DNA of 64,000 bases from positions 38,433 through 102,432 of the forward strand of contig CAVQMY010000006.1 in the NCBI GenBank assembly GCA_963713705.1. Direction: 5' to 3'. Under the pieces are notes generated by a model. The model was given only the letters and a program-made list of their open reading frames with translations, ran no database searches and was not told the DNA's origin. The DNA is from an uncultured Verrucomicrobiae bacterium (lineage in GTDB: Bacteria > Verrucomicrobiota > Verrucomicrobiia > Palsa-1439). Below, in pieces: positions 1-9,251 of this stretch (its first letter is position 1; each line of letters opens with the position of its first letter). The position numbers and the translations under genes are program-made.

Positions 1-27
1 GATGCGTCCCTACATGGAGTCGCTCGC

Positions 28-978
28 ATGACGCGACAAGGGCCGCCGCGTAATCTGAGCGCGTCGGTGATACAGCGGCTGTTAAACCGCGCGAAGGAGA
101 ACGGTGAAGACCCGCAGTATGTTCTAACTCGGTATGGATTGGAACGGTTGCTGTACCGCCTTAGCCGGTCGCCACACGCGAAGAACTTCACTGTAAAAGG
201 CGCAATGATGTTTTTGGTCTGGCGAGGCGTGCCATACCGTTTGACGAAGGATTTGGATCTACTGGCGGCCCAGGGTGGTAACGAACAGGAGTTGAAGGAG
301 GTTTTCCAAGGCATTTGCCGGGTTGCAGTGGAGGACGACGGCTTGGTGTTCACCGAGCGGAGTGTGCGGGTCGCACCGATCCGCGAAGAAGATGCTTATG
401 GAGGTATGCGGGTCACGTTGGAATCGCGATTGGGCAAAGCACGCATTCCATTGCAGGTGGACATCGGGTTTGGGGACGTAGTGACGCCGAAGGCGCTCAA
501 TGTTGACTTCCCTGTGTTGCTGGATTTTCCCGCCCCGCATGTTGCCGTGTATCCCCGCGAGACCGCCATCGCGGAGAAATTCGAGACAATGGTGCGTTTG
601 GGGATCGTCAATAGTCGAATGCGGGACTATTACGACATCTGGGTAATGTCGCGGGAATTTGAGTTCGATGGCGAGGTGTTACAAGCGGCAATTCGTGCGA
701 CCTTCAAGCGTCGCAAGACCGCGTTATCAACCGAGGCCCCGTTTGGTCTGACCGCCGAGTTCGCAACCGATGGCACCAAGCAGGCCCAATGGCGCGCATT
801 TAGCACAAAGAACAAATTGAAAATTGAGGAAGCAAACTTGGAGAGTTTAGTAGAAGCCGTGCGGACCTTCGTCATGCCACCAGCAACGGCGGCCCGGCAA
901 ACAGATACGTTCGCCGAAACTTGGTCAAAAGGCGGGCCGTGGCAAAAGAAGTCCGACAGAGAAGCAAAGTCGAACTGA
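28..978 (+). CDS. AbiEii/AbiGii-family nucleotidyltransferase toxin (DUF1814; type IV toxin-antitoxin)
   Basis: 316-aa ORF. Its layout and N-terminal block (VIQRLLNRAKENGEDPQYVLTRYGLERLLYRLS ... FTVKGAMMF ... TKDLDLL) match what I recognise as AbiEii/DUF1814. The frame stays open to base 1, so the true start and the AbiEi partner may lie left of the window. Confidence 0.7.
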   Translation: MTRQGPPRNLSASVIQRLLNRAKENGEDPQYVLTRYGLERLLYRLSRSPHAKNFTVKGAMMFLVWRGVPYRLTKDLDLLAAQGGNEQELKEVFQGICRVAVEDDGLVFTERSVRVAPIREEDAYGGMRVTLESRLGKARIPLQVDIGFGDVVTPKALNVDFPVLLDFPAPHVAVYPRETAIAEKFETMVRLGIVNSRMRDYYDIWVMSREFEFDGEVLQAAIRATFKRRKTALSTEAPFGLTAEFATDGTKQAQWRAFSTKNKLKIEEANLESLVEAVRTFVMPPATAARQTDTFAETWSKGGPWQKKSDREAKSN

Positions 979-982
979 GAGG

Positions 983-1381
983 GTGCTACAGTGTTGGCAG
1001 TCTGAAACGATTTTGGGGACTGCTATCGTGGGGCGCAAGCGCCATCTGCTGGTCGATACGCTGGGATTGATCTTGGAGGTCGCGGTGACCTCGGCAGCCG
1101 TGCGGGATCGCGATGGAGCCCGCAGTGTATTGGGTAGTCTACGCCAAAACTGGTCACGGCTGACACAGGTGTGGGCCGATGGCGGCTATGCGGGCGAACT
1201 GGTCAATTGGGTGTGGGGCTTGCGGCCCCAACGGCGCGTGCACTTGGACATCGTCAAGCGCAACGAACTGCGCGGCGGGTTCCACGTGTTGCCCAAGTGC
1301 TGGTGTCGCGTTTGCGCCCGTTTTCAGAGTCGCAGTATCAATGGCAGTCAACCAACCATGCGGGTTACATCGATTAGCTAA
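983..1381 (+). pseudogene. IS5-family DDE transposase, C-terminal fragment
   Basis: GRKRHLLVDTLGLILEVAVTSAAVRDRDGA ... VWADGGYAGELVNW ... IVKR ... FHVLPK are conserved IS5-type DDE blocks. The N-terminal half is absent, the tail after VLPK diverges from the usual RWVVERTF, and the ClC gene stop overlaps its end. Confidence 0.6.
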
Positions 1382-3216
1382 CCGGATTGTGGACCGTGGT
1401 GCATCCGGTCGTAGTACGATGCAATCACGTCGTGGCGTCTGAGTACGCCCATGACGTGTGTCGAACCTGGCTTTTCAACGACAACGAGTTCGTCATGCAT
1501 CGTCTCGATGAATTTCCGCAATGCGGACGAAAGGTCTTCGTCAAGGCTCACCGTCGCGAAACTCTTGGCGAGCAGATCCTTTGCGACCACCGGGCGTGGC
1601 GGGTCACGGTCCATGAGGTACTTGCGAATGTCATCGAACAGGACCACGCCTTGCAACGCGCCGGTTGAGTCCAGAACTGGAAACATACGCTGTTTGCCTT
1701 TCACTGCGAGCTCCAGAATCTCGGGGAGCAATGTATCGGGACGCAGCAGGGCCAGCTTGTCTGTATTGTGAATCGCATCGCGAACGTGCATCTGCTCCAG
1801 CACATCCGCCATGAACTCGCCCGCGTGCGCCGGTGAATCCGCACGTGAATCCACCTGTTTTTCGTAAATCGAGATGCGCCGAGGTGTGAAGAGATACGCC
1901 ACTCCTGTTGTCAACATCAGGGGCGTAAGCAAGCCATAGCCCGTGGCCATCTCCGAGATCATGATCAGCGTGGCGATGGGAGCTTTGGACACACCCGCAA
2001 AGAATCCCGCCATTCCGACAAGTACATACGCCGCCGGCTGCAGAGCCACGCCGGGCATCCACGCATGCAGCAGAGTGCCGATTGTTCCGCCAAGACACGC
2101 TCCAATCACCATCGACGGCGCGAACACGCCTCCGCTGCCGCCCGACCCAATCGTAAGGCCGGTGGCAGCGATTTTCATTATCACGATGAGTAATAGGAGA
2201 CGCAGTGGGAGTTGGCCGTCGATGGCCAGTTGCGCCCAACCGTAACCCATACCGAGCACTTGAGGGAGAAAGTATCCAATTGCCCCGACAACCAGTCCAC
2301 CAATAGCGGGCTTGATATGGTTGGGGATTGGCAACGGGCGAAAGACGCGGTTGCGAACACCATGGAAGAACTTCACATGTACAACGCCCACGAGCGCACA
2401 GATCAGTCCCAAGACCGCATAGAACACCAATTCCAAGGGATGGTTGAAGTTGAGTTGGGGCACCGTGAAAATGGCGCCCCAATGCCGTGTGACGGCGCAA
2501 TAGACCGAATACGCCATGATCGAACCGACGAAGGCGGGCACGAGCGCAGACGATTCAATTTCCGTATCGCGATACAGGACTTCCGCCACGAAGAACGCCC
2601 CGCCCAACGGCGCGCGAAAGACGGCTCCCAACCCACCCGCGGCTCCCGCCAGCATCAACAACCGTCGCTCGCGGTCACTGGTCTTCAGCCATGTTGCGAG
2701 AGCAGAGCCGAACCCCGCCCCGATTTGCGCAATCGGTCCTTCACGCCCCGCAGAGCCCCCGCTGCCAATCGTCAACGCTGACGCCACCGTCTTGATCAGG
2801 GGCACGCGCGCGCGGATGATACCCCGCATACGATGAAACGCATCCACCACGGCATCGGTCCCATGACCTTCGGCTTCGGGAGCGAACGTGTACACGAGCA
2901 GGCCGGACAGTAGACCGCCGATTGCCGGTACGAGGAACAACATCCATCGCCGCGTTGGCTCTGTCAGGGCCACGAATGTCGCCTCGCCGCCGGCTCGTGG
3001 CATGTGATAGCCAGCCATGTGAACCATGAATCCGTTGTCAGCCCATGACAGAAGCAAGTTGAACAGAACAGCGCCAAAGCCGGCGACGACCCCGACCAGC
3101 AAGCTCAATGGCACAAGACGGCCGGGAAGAAGTTTCTTCCACGCTCCGAATCGTTTGGTTAGCCCCGTACTCACAATCGAGAACCAGTTGATGGCACCCC
3201 CGCCACAGTGCGACAT
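1378..3216 (-). CDS. ClC-family chloride channel/antiporter with C-terminal CBS pair
   Basis: 612-aa multi-TM ORF with ClC selectivity motifs GSGGSAGREGP and GSGGSGGVFAPS. The C-terminal ~130 aa look like tandem CBS domains. Confidence 0.9.
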   Translation of the reverse strand: MSHCGGGAINWFSIVSTGLTKRFGAWKKLLPGRLVPLSLLVGVVAGFGAVLFNLLLSWADNGFMVHMAGYHMPRAGGEATFVALTEPTRRWMLFLVPAIGGLLSGLLVYTFAPEAEGHGTDAVVDAFHRMRGIIRARVPLIKTVASALTIGSGGSAGREGPIAQIGAGFGSALATWLKTSDRERRLLMLAGAAGGLGAVFRAPLGGAFFVAEVLYRDTEIESSALVPAFVGSIMAYSVYCAVTRHWGAIFTVPQLNFNHPLELVFYAVLGLICALVGVVHVKFFHGVRNRVFRPLPIPNHIKPAIGGLVVGAIGYFLPQVLGMGYGWAQLAIDGQLPLRLLLLIVIMKIAATGLTIGSGGSGGVFAPSMVIGACLGGTIGTLLHAWMPGVALQPAAYVLVGMAGFFAGVSKAPIATLIMISEMATGYGLLTPLMLTTGVAYLFTPRRISIYEKQVDSRADSPAHAGEFMADVLEQMHVRDAIHNTDKLALLRPDTLLPEILELAVKGKQRMFPVLDSTGALQGVVLFDDIRKYLMDRDPPRPVVAKDLLAKSFATVSLDEDLSSALRKFIETMHDELVVVEKPGSTHVMGVLRRHDVIASYYDRMHHGPQSG

Positions 3217-3436
3217 CGTCGCTGGTGCGATACCGACACCGGAGTAAACAGACGAAATCTATGAAGAGCCTTGTGCAACTATCGCATGATAGTGGGAATT
3301 GTTGTGGCGCACCAGTAGTTTGACTTGGCTTGAGGAAATCGACAGCGGGATCAGGAATACTGGCGCTGTGGCGACAAAGATGACATCAAATTGAACGTTC
3401 ACGACGGCGTCGCCACGCTTACCGGGATAATCTCAC

Positions 3437-3454
3437 ATGGGGTGAACACCCCAT
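3437..3454. promoter_or_regulatory. 18-bp perfect palindrome ATGGGGTG-AA-CACCCCAT (copy 1 of 3), candidate operator
   Basis: Read directly from the sequence. Intergenic, about 115 bp upstream of the 3571 start. The same motif recurs at 6869 and 10233. Confidence 0.35.
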
Positions 3455-3570
3455 AGCGCCCGCATGGCATCGGTGTTTATCGTCGTGGCGTGAAAGCCAG
3501 TCGCAAGCAAAGGGCATTGATATTTGGCGAACGGTGAACGCAAAAACCACAACGAACCGAAAGGACAACC

Positions 3571-4134
3571 ATGACCAAGAACAACACCATCGTGGCGATC
3601 TACAAATCGCACGCCGAAGCCGAAGCTGCCGTTAAGGAACTGCAGCAATCCGGTTTTGATATGAAGAAACTGTCGATCGTCGGCCGCGACTATCACACGG
3701 ATGAGCACGTGGTCGGCTACTACAATACCGGCGACCGCATGAAATACTGGGGGAAACTGGGGGCCTTCTGGGGCGGGTTCTGGGGCTTGTTGTTCGGGGC
3801 CGGATTCTTTTGGATTCCCGGGGTGGGACAGGTTCTGGCCGCCGGGCCGTTGGTCGGTTGGATCGTCGCGGCGCTGGAAGGCGCTGTCGTGGTAGGTGGT
3901 CTGAGCGCGATGGGGGCCGCCTTGTACGGACTCGGCATTCCCAAGGACAGTATCTTGAAGTACGAGACAGCGCTCAAGACCGACAAATTTGTCCTGATCG
4001 TCCACGGTTCCCCGGAGGAAACGACTCGGGCCCAGAAGGTCATTAACGGCACGAACCCGGAGCTGGTGGAACACCATCAGCCGGAACGCAGCCTCCCCCA
4101 AAAGAGCGTCGTGGGAGCAACCGCAGGCCGATAA
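3571..4134 (+). CDS. general stress protein 17M/YflT-like N-domain fused to a Gly-zipper membrane segment
   Basis: N-terminus TIVAIYKSHAEAEAAVKELQQSGFDMKKLSIVGRDY resembles the YflT/GSP17M domain. It is followed by the glycine-rich TM region FWGGFWGLLFGAGFFWIPGVG. The sequence AAAGGA lies upstream of the ATG. Confidence 0.6.
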   Translation: MTKNNTIVAIYKSHAEAEAAVKELQQSGFDMKKLSIVGRDYHTDEHVVGYYNTGDRMKYWGKLGAFWGGFWGLLFGAGFFWIPGVGQVLAAGPLVGWIVAALEGAVVVGGLSAMGAALYGLGIPKDSILKYETALKTDKFVLIVHGSPEETTRAQKVINGTNPELVEHHQPERSLPQKSVVGATAGR

Positions 4135-4155
4135 AACTCCGTGGCGGGCTTTTCC

Positions 4156-4187
4156 GTGGGGTCACGCTCCGAAGGGTGTGACCCCAC
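4156..4187 (+). terminator. 10-bp-stem hairpin downstream of the 3571-4134 gene
   Basis: GTGGGGTCAC (4156-4165) pairs with GTGACCCCAC (4178-4187) around a 12-nt loop, starting 22 nt after the stop. There is no T-tract, so terminator function is uncertain. Confidence 0.35.
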
Positions 4188-4370
4188 TGCCATTCGCGCA
4201 CGGCTGGATTTGAAGCGAAGCGACAACTCGTCGGAAGGTTGCGCGCGGTCGGACACGACGGCAGATGTTCAAAGGCACCAAGGGCGCGCCGCAGATGATT
4301 CTGGCGCTGGCACAAGGCCGCCGCGTAAGAAAAATCGAGACAACAAACAAATCGGAAGGGGGACGCGCTG

Positions 4371-4634
4371 ATGAACAACCAAACCCCAATTCAGCCCACT
4401 TCCGGACAGATCGCCATATGTGCGTACCTGATCTGGGAAGAGGAAGGCCGCCCACACGGGCGGCATGAGGTCCATTGGTTAAAGGCTGAAAAGCAACTTA
4501 AGTTGGACTGCACCCGGGATGACGGTGTCCTGCGACGCCCGGACGCTGCGGCACCGGCTGCCCCACCAGTGATGAAGCTGCTTCCGCCTAAACGCGACAA
4601 CAATCCCAACCGCCGGGAGGTCGTGGCTTCATGA
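4371..4634 (+). CDS. DUF2934 domain protein
   Basis: Signature IAICAYLIWEEEGRPHGRHEVHWLKAEKQL (AY-x-W-x3-G-x-P-x-G-x4-W-x2-AE). Its stop overlaps the next start (ATGA). Confidence 0.65.
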   Translation: MNNQTPIQPTSGQIAICAYLIWEEEGRPHGRHEVHWLKAEKQLKLDCTRDDGVLRRPDAAAPAAPPVMKLLPPKRDNNPNRREVVAS

Positions 4635-5035
4635 CCGCGAGCCACGAAGTCGAAATTCGTGTCCGCATCCCGTCCAGCGAGGGTGGGCTGGCGGACGTGC
4701 TGGCGTTGTTGGCAAATCATCAACTTGCCACCTTGACCCGCAGTTGCTGCGCCGACCGCGAGGGACTGCTGCTGTTGTTAATCACCAGCCAGACGGAGGA
4801 AGTCCAGCAGGTGCTTGAAGCGGCCAGTTACCACTGCCACGCGCATCCTGTATTGTTGCTCGGGCCGACGACATACCGGCCCGGCGTGGCCGCCCGGCTG
4901 TTTGCGGAGTTGGGACAGCAGGGAGTGGACATTCGCCATTCGTATCTGTCCTCCATCGCGCCTGACCGCTGTTTTCTGGTCGTCGAGACCACGAACGATG
5001 AGCGAGCGTTGGAGGTTGTGGCTGCGGCTGCTTAA
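4631..5035 (+). CDS. hypothetical protein, possible tandem ACT-like fold
   Basis: 134 aa in two halves, each with a beta-alpha-beta-like pattern (VRIPSSEGGLADVLALLANHQL ... ; YRPGVAARLFAELGQQGVDIRHSY). Translationally coupled to the DUF2934 gene. The assignment is weak. Confidence 0.4.
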   Translation: MTASHEVEIRVRIPSSEGGLADVLALLANHQLATLTRSCCADREGLLLLLITSQTEEVQQVLEAASYHCHAHPVLLLGPTTYRPGVAARLFAELGQQGVDIRHSYLSSIAPDRCFLVVETTNDERALEVVAAAA

Positions 5036-5219
5036 TCGCGCGGTGGCTGCCACCGGCGAACAAGCAGGCCAACGACCAAGAAAAGGAGTCCGTATTATGT
5101 CTGAGAAAAACGCAATCGTCGCCCAGGGAGGTCATCCAGACTGCCAGTCCGCATGAGTTCGAAGAACATCACGACTAAACCATCACGAAGAAATCTTTTA
5201 GAAAGGAAACGAAATCACA

Positions 5220-6770
5220 ATGAAAACACTAACACGGAAAGACCGGGTTTATGGCGGCGCGTCAATTGGCAGATGGCTGACGGTTTTGTTGATTGCGGTC
5301 GGAATGCCGGTTTTCTCAGTGCTGCCATTGCAAGCGGCGACACCAAAGAAACCAATCACCGACAACGCCACTACATTGGCCGTCGAGGGGGATTTGAACG
5401 TCGACGAGGGGGTGATACCGAACTTTGTTGACGTCAGCACCAGCCAGGGCGTCGTTACTCTATCTGGGTCTGTGGCGGACCTGCTGGCCAAGAGGCGGGC
5501 TGTCAAGATCGCCGAAAGCATTCGGGGTGTGCGAGCCGTGGTCGATGAGATGACCGTCACGCCCATTTCACGCCCCGATGAAGACATACAGAAGGATGTC
5601 TCCATGGCCCTGCTTCAGGATCCGGCAACCGAATCTGACAAGGTCGATGTTTCCGTGAAAGACGCGGTGGTCACGTTGACCGGCACGGTCGGTTCATGGC
5701 CGGAAGCGCAACTGGCCAAGTGGATTGCTGAGGGTGTCAAAGGGGCCAAAGAAGTTCGTAATGACATCCAGATCAACTACCTGACGAACCGGACCGAGCA
5801 GGAAATTGCCGCAGACATCAATGATCGTCTCCAATGGGACATTTGGGTCAACGGCTTGGTGATCCATGCCGACGTGAAGAACGGTCAGGTAACGCTCAGC
5901 GGAGCGGTTCGAAGTGCTGCCGAGAGAAGACACGCTGACGACGATGCCTGGGTGAACGGTGTCACCTCCGTGGATGACAGCAGATTGAAGGTTGACCCGT
6001 GGGCGCGCGACGAGGGTTGTCGGAAATTCAAATATGCCATCAAATCTGACGATGAAATCCGGCGGGCGGTGCAAGCCTCGTTTGGTCATGATCCACGCGT
6101 TTCGCCCTTTCCTCCCGATGTGACGGTTGAAGCTGGGGCCGTCAGGCTCAGCGGTACGGTCGGCAACTTGAAGGCAAAGGTTGCTGCCGAGCAGGATGCG
6201 AGAGACACCGTGGGCGTCATGTGGGTCGACAACTTCCTGAAAGTGCGGCCCCAGATAAATCCCGACATCGAGAAAAACTTGAGAGCAGCTTTGTCTTGGA
6301 ATCCTGTTCTTGATGGTTCTCAGATCGAAGTAGCCGTCATCAACCATGCCGCCTTTCTGTCCGGCACGGTGGAGTACGGCCTTCAGAAGGTGGTGGCGCA
6401 AGATGTCGCCGCACGCACGAAGGGCGTGGTCGAGGTGCGCAATCACCTGAAAGTCGAGCCGGAGTTTGCCATCGCCTACTACGACTGGCCGTCCTACTAC
6501 GGCTTCGAGCCCTACTACGAATACGGATTTTACCGGCCTCAGCCGATCAAGAGCGACGAGCAGATCAAGCACGCCATCGAGCAGGCGTTCTTTTGGAGTC
6601 CGTTTGTCGACCGTGACGAGATCACCGTGGCCGTTCACGACGGTGTGGCAATACTGACCGGCAAGATCGGTGGATGGGTGGCGTACGGCGAGGCGCAACG
6701 CGACGCCTACAAGGGCGGCGCTTCGTCTGTCATCAACAGGCTGGAAGTCAAGAAAGGCGCGTGGTTTTGA
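5220..6770 (+). CDS. secreted multi-BON-domain protein (OsmY-like)
   Basis: Signal-like N-terminus followed by at least 5 repeats of the BON pattern (V.V.V.DGVVTLSG.V.S...K..A...A..V.GV..V.N.L.V). The sequence AAAGGAAAC lies upstream. Confidence 0.85.
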   Translation: MKTLTRKDRVYGGASIGRWLTVLLIAVGMPVFSVLPLQAATPKKPITDNATTLAVEGDLNVDEGVIPNFVDVSTSQGVVTLSGSVADLLAKRRAVKIAESIRGVRAVVDEMTVTPISRPDEDIQKDVSMALLQDPATESDKVDVSVKDAVVTLTGTVGSWPEAQLAKWIAEGVKGAKEVRNDIQINYLTNRTEQEIAADINDRLQWDIWVNGLVIHADVKNGQVTLSGAVRSAAERRHADDDAWVNGVTSVDDSRLKVDPWARDEGCRKFKYAIKSDDEIRRAVQASFGHDPRVSPFPPDVTVEAGAVRLSGTVGNLKAKVAAEQDARDTVGVMWVDNFLKVRPQINPDIEKNLRAALSWNPVLDGSQIEVAVINHAAFLSGTVEYGLQKVVAQDVAARTKGVVEVRNHLKVEPEFAIAYYDWPSYYGFEPYYEYGFYRPQPIKSDEQIKHAIEQAFFWSPFVDRDEITVAVHDGVAILTGKIGGWVAYGEAQRDAYKGGASSVINRLEVKKGAWF

Positions 6771-6868
6771 CAATAGTCCATCGCGAGTTATCTGACCGCA
6801 TGTTCGCAAAGAGATCTGGTGCGAACGAGTGAACTAATAATGATATGGGTTCACCCTCGGTATCGGGT

Positions 6869-6886
6869 ATGGGGTGTTCACCCCAT
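6869..6886. promoter_or_regulatory. 18-bp palindrome ATGGGGTG-TT-CACCCCAT (copy 2 of 3; exact reverse complement of copy 1)
   Basis: Read directly. Intergenic, about 100 bp after the BON stop and about 180 bp before the 7068 start. A degenerate partial copy ATGGGTTCACCC sits at 6845-6856. Confidence 0.35.
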
Positions 6887-7067
6887 TGTGTGAGCGCTGC
6901 ATGTTTTTTTATAAATCCCAAGATGCGCGGTGTCAGCCAACACATTTGGAAAGAGCTGACTCAAACTGTAACAGCACCACTGAACTGCTCTGTTTGACAG
7001 AATCGAGCAGTCGAAACATAGTTTATTCTGGCGGTGGGGCGGCGCAGGAGGTGGCGAGAGGAGTTTT

Positions 7068-7301
7068 GTGTTTATGAAACACAGGCGTCCCACATGCGAA
7101 GAGGTCGCCGCGAGAGCGTACCAGATTTACCTGGAGAGCGGTCGCAGACATGGCCACGACATCGACGATTGGCTCCAGGCCGAATATGAACTGGTGCACA
7201 TGCCGGTTCGCAAACTCGCCAGGCTAGCTGTTCCCACAATATCAAGAGCTCGTGCCGAAGTGAAATCGATCATGGAGGTTGTACGGGCGGCGATGCTGTG
7301 A
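7068..7301 (+). CDS. DUF2934 domain protein (second paralog)
   Basis: VAARAYQIYLESGRRHGHDIDDWLQAEYEL carries the same signature as the 4371 gene. Confidence 0.65.
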   Translation: MFMKHRRPTCEEVAARAYQIYLESGRRHGHDIDDWLQAEYELVHMPVRKLARLAVPTISRARAEVKSIMEVVRAAML

Positions 7302-7344
7302 ACTGCGGCTGGCAGATGCGGCGGCAACGTGGAAAGGACTTGTT

Positions 7345-8652
7345 ATGATGCGGAGTATAACTGGGCTGGTCGGTTGCATGGTTCGCGCCAAGGACGGCGA
7401 CCTCGGAAGGGTCGAACAGTTTTATTTCGATGACCATAAATGGGTCATCCGTTACATGGTTGTGGACACGGGCCGGTGGCTTCAAGGCCGCCAAGTGCTG
7501 ATCTCAACCGCGGCCTTGAAGGAACCCAAATGGAAATCACGGGTTTTCCCCGTGAACCTCACCAAAGAGCAGGTGAAGAACAGTCCGAGCATCGATACGG
7601 ACAAACCCGTCTCGCGTCAGCATGAAGCCAAGTTGCACAATTATTATGACTGGCCCGCCTACTGGACCACGGGCTTGGAGCCGTACGCCGGTATCGGATA
7701 CCCCGTGCCAACACATCTATCGCCGCCTGCAAAAGGGAAGAAAGCCCCGCCGGAAAAGCCGGCTGATCCGAACTTGCGCAGCACGCGTCAGGTAACCGGC
7801 TACTATTTCCAAGCCATTGATGGTGAGATTGGACACGTGCATGACTTTATCGTGGATGACGAGACATGGGCCATTCGCTATGTGGTTGTGAACACCCAGA
7901 ATTGGTTGCCGGGAAAGAAAGTGCTGGTGTCTGCGCCGTGGATCTGGCGGGTGAGTTGGGACAGGTCGAAGATGTTCGTGGATTTGTCGCGGGAGTCCAT
8001 CAAGAACAGCCCTGTATTTGATCACTCGAAACCTGTGAGTCGCGCCTACGAAGAGCGGTTGTTCGACCATTACGGGCGGTTAAAGTATTGGGAGGAGGAC
8101 ATGGCAAAAAAATCGGCGCTCCTGAAGGGGACGGATATGAGGCGCAAGGCATTTCAAGTTCCGGCGTTGATCAGTGACCTGGGAGATTCATCAGCGACCG
8201 TTCGGGAAAGCGCGCGGTGGGCCCTCGACGCAACTGGGAAACCTGCGGTGAAACCACTCTGCGAGGCACTGATGAATTCCAACGAGTACGGACGCGGGCA
8301 GGCCGCCAAGGCGTTGGGTGAAATTGGCGACCTGACGGCTGCACCTGCTCTGGTGAAGGCGTTGGAGGATGAGAAATTCGACGTGCGATGGCTGGCGGCA
8401 CGCGCATTGGTGGCCCTGGGCCGAGATGGGCTGCCTGCGCTGTTGCAGGCCTTGATCGAACGTCCCAATTCTACGTCGCTGCGCGAGGGGGCTCATCACG
8501 TCCTGCATGATGAGGGATACGAAACGTGGCAAACACAACTGGGACCGGTCATGAAGGCGCTGGAGGGTTATGCCCCTGCGGATACTCTGCCCGGCGCGGC
8601 AGAGAAGGTCTTGCGAGCGTTCGCGCCGCCATTCCGCGCCACCAAGAAGTGA
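7345..8652 (+). CDS. double PRC-barrel protein with C-terminal HEAT/PBS-lyase-like repeats
   Basis: Two PRC-barrel-like units (GCMVRAKDGDLGRVEQFYFDDHKWVIRYMVVDTG ; GYYFQAIDGEIGHVHDFIVDDETWAIRYVVVNT). The C-terminus carries HEAT-like repeats (VRESARWALDATG ... AAKALGEIGD ... VRWLAARALVALG). I place the start at the ATGATG after AAAGGA rather than at the ORF-track start 7279. Confidence 0.75.
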   Translation: MMRSITGLVGCMVRAKDGDLGRVEQFYFDDHKWVIRYMVVDTGRWLQGRQVLISTAALKEPKWKSRVFPVNLTKEQVKNSPSIDTDKPVSRQHEAKLHNYYDWPAYWTTGLEPYAGIGYPVPTHLSPPAKGKKAPPEKPADPNLRSTRQVTGYYFQAIDGEIGHVHDFIVDDETWAIRYVVVNTQNWLPGKKVLVSAPWIWRVSWDRSKMFVDLSRESIKNSPVFDHSKPVSRAYEERLFDHYGRLKYWEEDMAKKSALLKGTDMRRKAFQVPALISDLGDSSATVRESARWALDATGKPAVKPLCEALMNSNEYGRGQAAKALGEIGDLTAAPALVKALEDEKFDVRWLAARALVALGRDGLPALLQALIERPNSTSLREGAHHVLHDEGYETWQTQLGPVMKALEGYAPADTLPGAAEKVLRAFAPPFRATKK

Positions 8653-8715
8653 ACGAACGCGACCGTCTTGTCGAGGTGCGGAAGGCTGCAAGATAACAGC
8701 TGGAACGAGGTCATT

Positions 8716-9183
8716 ATGAAACACAAATTACTGGTCGCAGTGGACGGAACAAAGAGTTCCTTCAAAATCGCCCTGTATGCAGCCCGAGTCTGTGCCGGCA
8801 ACGAAACTCCCGGCGTGAGGATCGTGGTTTTCCATGTGTTGCCTCGACTCCCGCCAAACGTCGAAGGATCGAAAGCGGCCGCAGCCGACCAACGGGCCGA
8901 AGAGTTTGCAACGAAGGCGTGGGACAAAGCCGAACAGACCCTCGCGCAACTCAAAGAACGAATTGTCCGTGCAGGCGTACCACCCAAATGTGTGACCACG
9001 GAGATTGCTGACGAAGAAGGCGATGTCGTTGCCCAAATCATTGACGCCGCCGCCACGCACGGGTGCGACACGATTGTCGTCGGTCGCCACGAAGAATCCA
9101 TATTTGGCAGGTTTCTCGGCGGCAGCGTCGGTGAACATCTCTTACGCAAAGCGGTCGGGTATGCAATCTGGCTTATTGAATGA
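8716..9183 (+). CDS. universal stress protein (UspA family)
   Basis: MKHKLLVAVDGTKSS ... GCDTIVVGRHEESIFGRFLGGSVGEHLLRKA is the canonical Usp pattern. A GAGGT Shine-Dalgarno-like sequence precedes the ATG at 8716. Confidence 0.85.
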   Translation: MKHKLLVAVDGTKSSFKIALYAARVCAGNETPGVRIVVFHVLPRLPPNVEGSKAAAADQRAEEFATKAWDKAEQTLAQLKERIVRAGVPPKCVTTEIADEEGDVVAQIIDAAATHGCDTIVVGRHEESIFGRFLGGSVGEHLLRKAVGYAIWLIE

Positions 9184-9251
9184 GTTACCAAGAAGCGCAA
9201 GCGTGCTAACTGACGACGTTTGGCATGGAGGAAATTTGTTAGACTGCCATA

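Noticed and set aside
3437-3454. The three ATGGGGTG..CACCCCAT palindromes as rho-independent terminators
   Set aside because: The spacer between the arms is only 2 nt, too short for a hairpin loop, and there is no T-tract. A protein-binding site is the better reading.
5694-6809. 371-aa minus-strand ORF opposite the BON-domain gene
   Set aside because: The plus frame shows a repeated BON pattern and a signal peptide. The antisense frame has no features.
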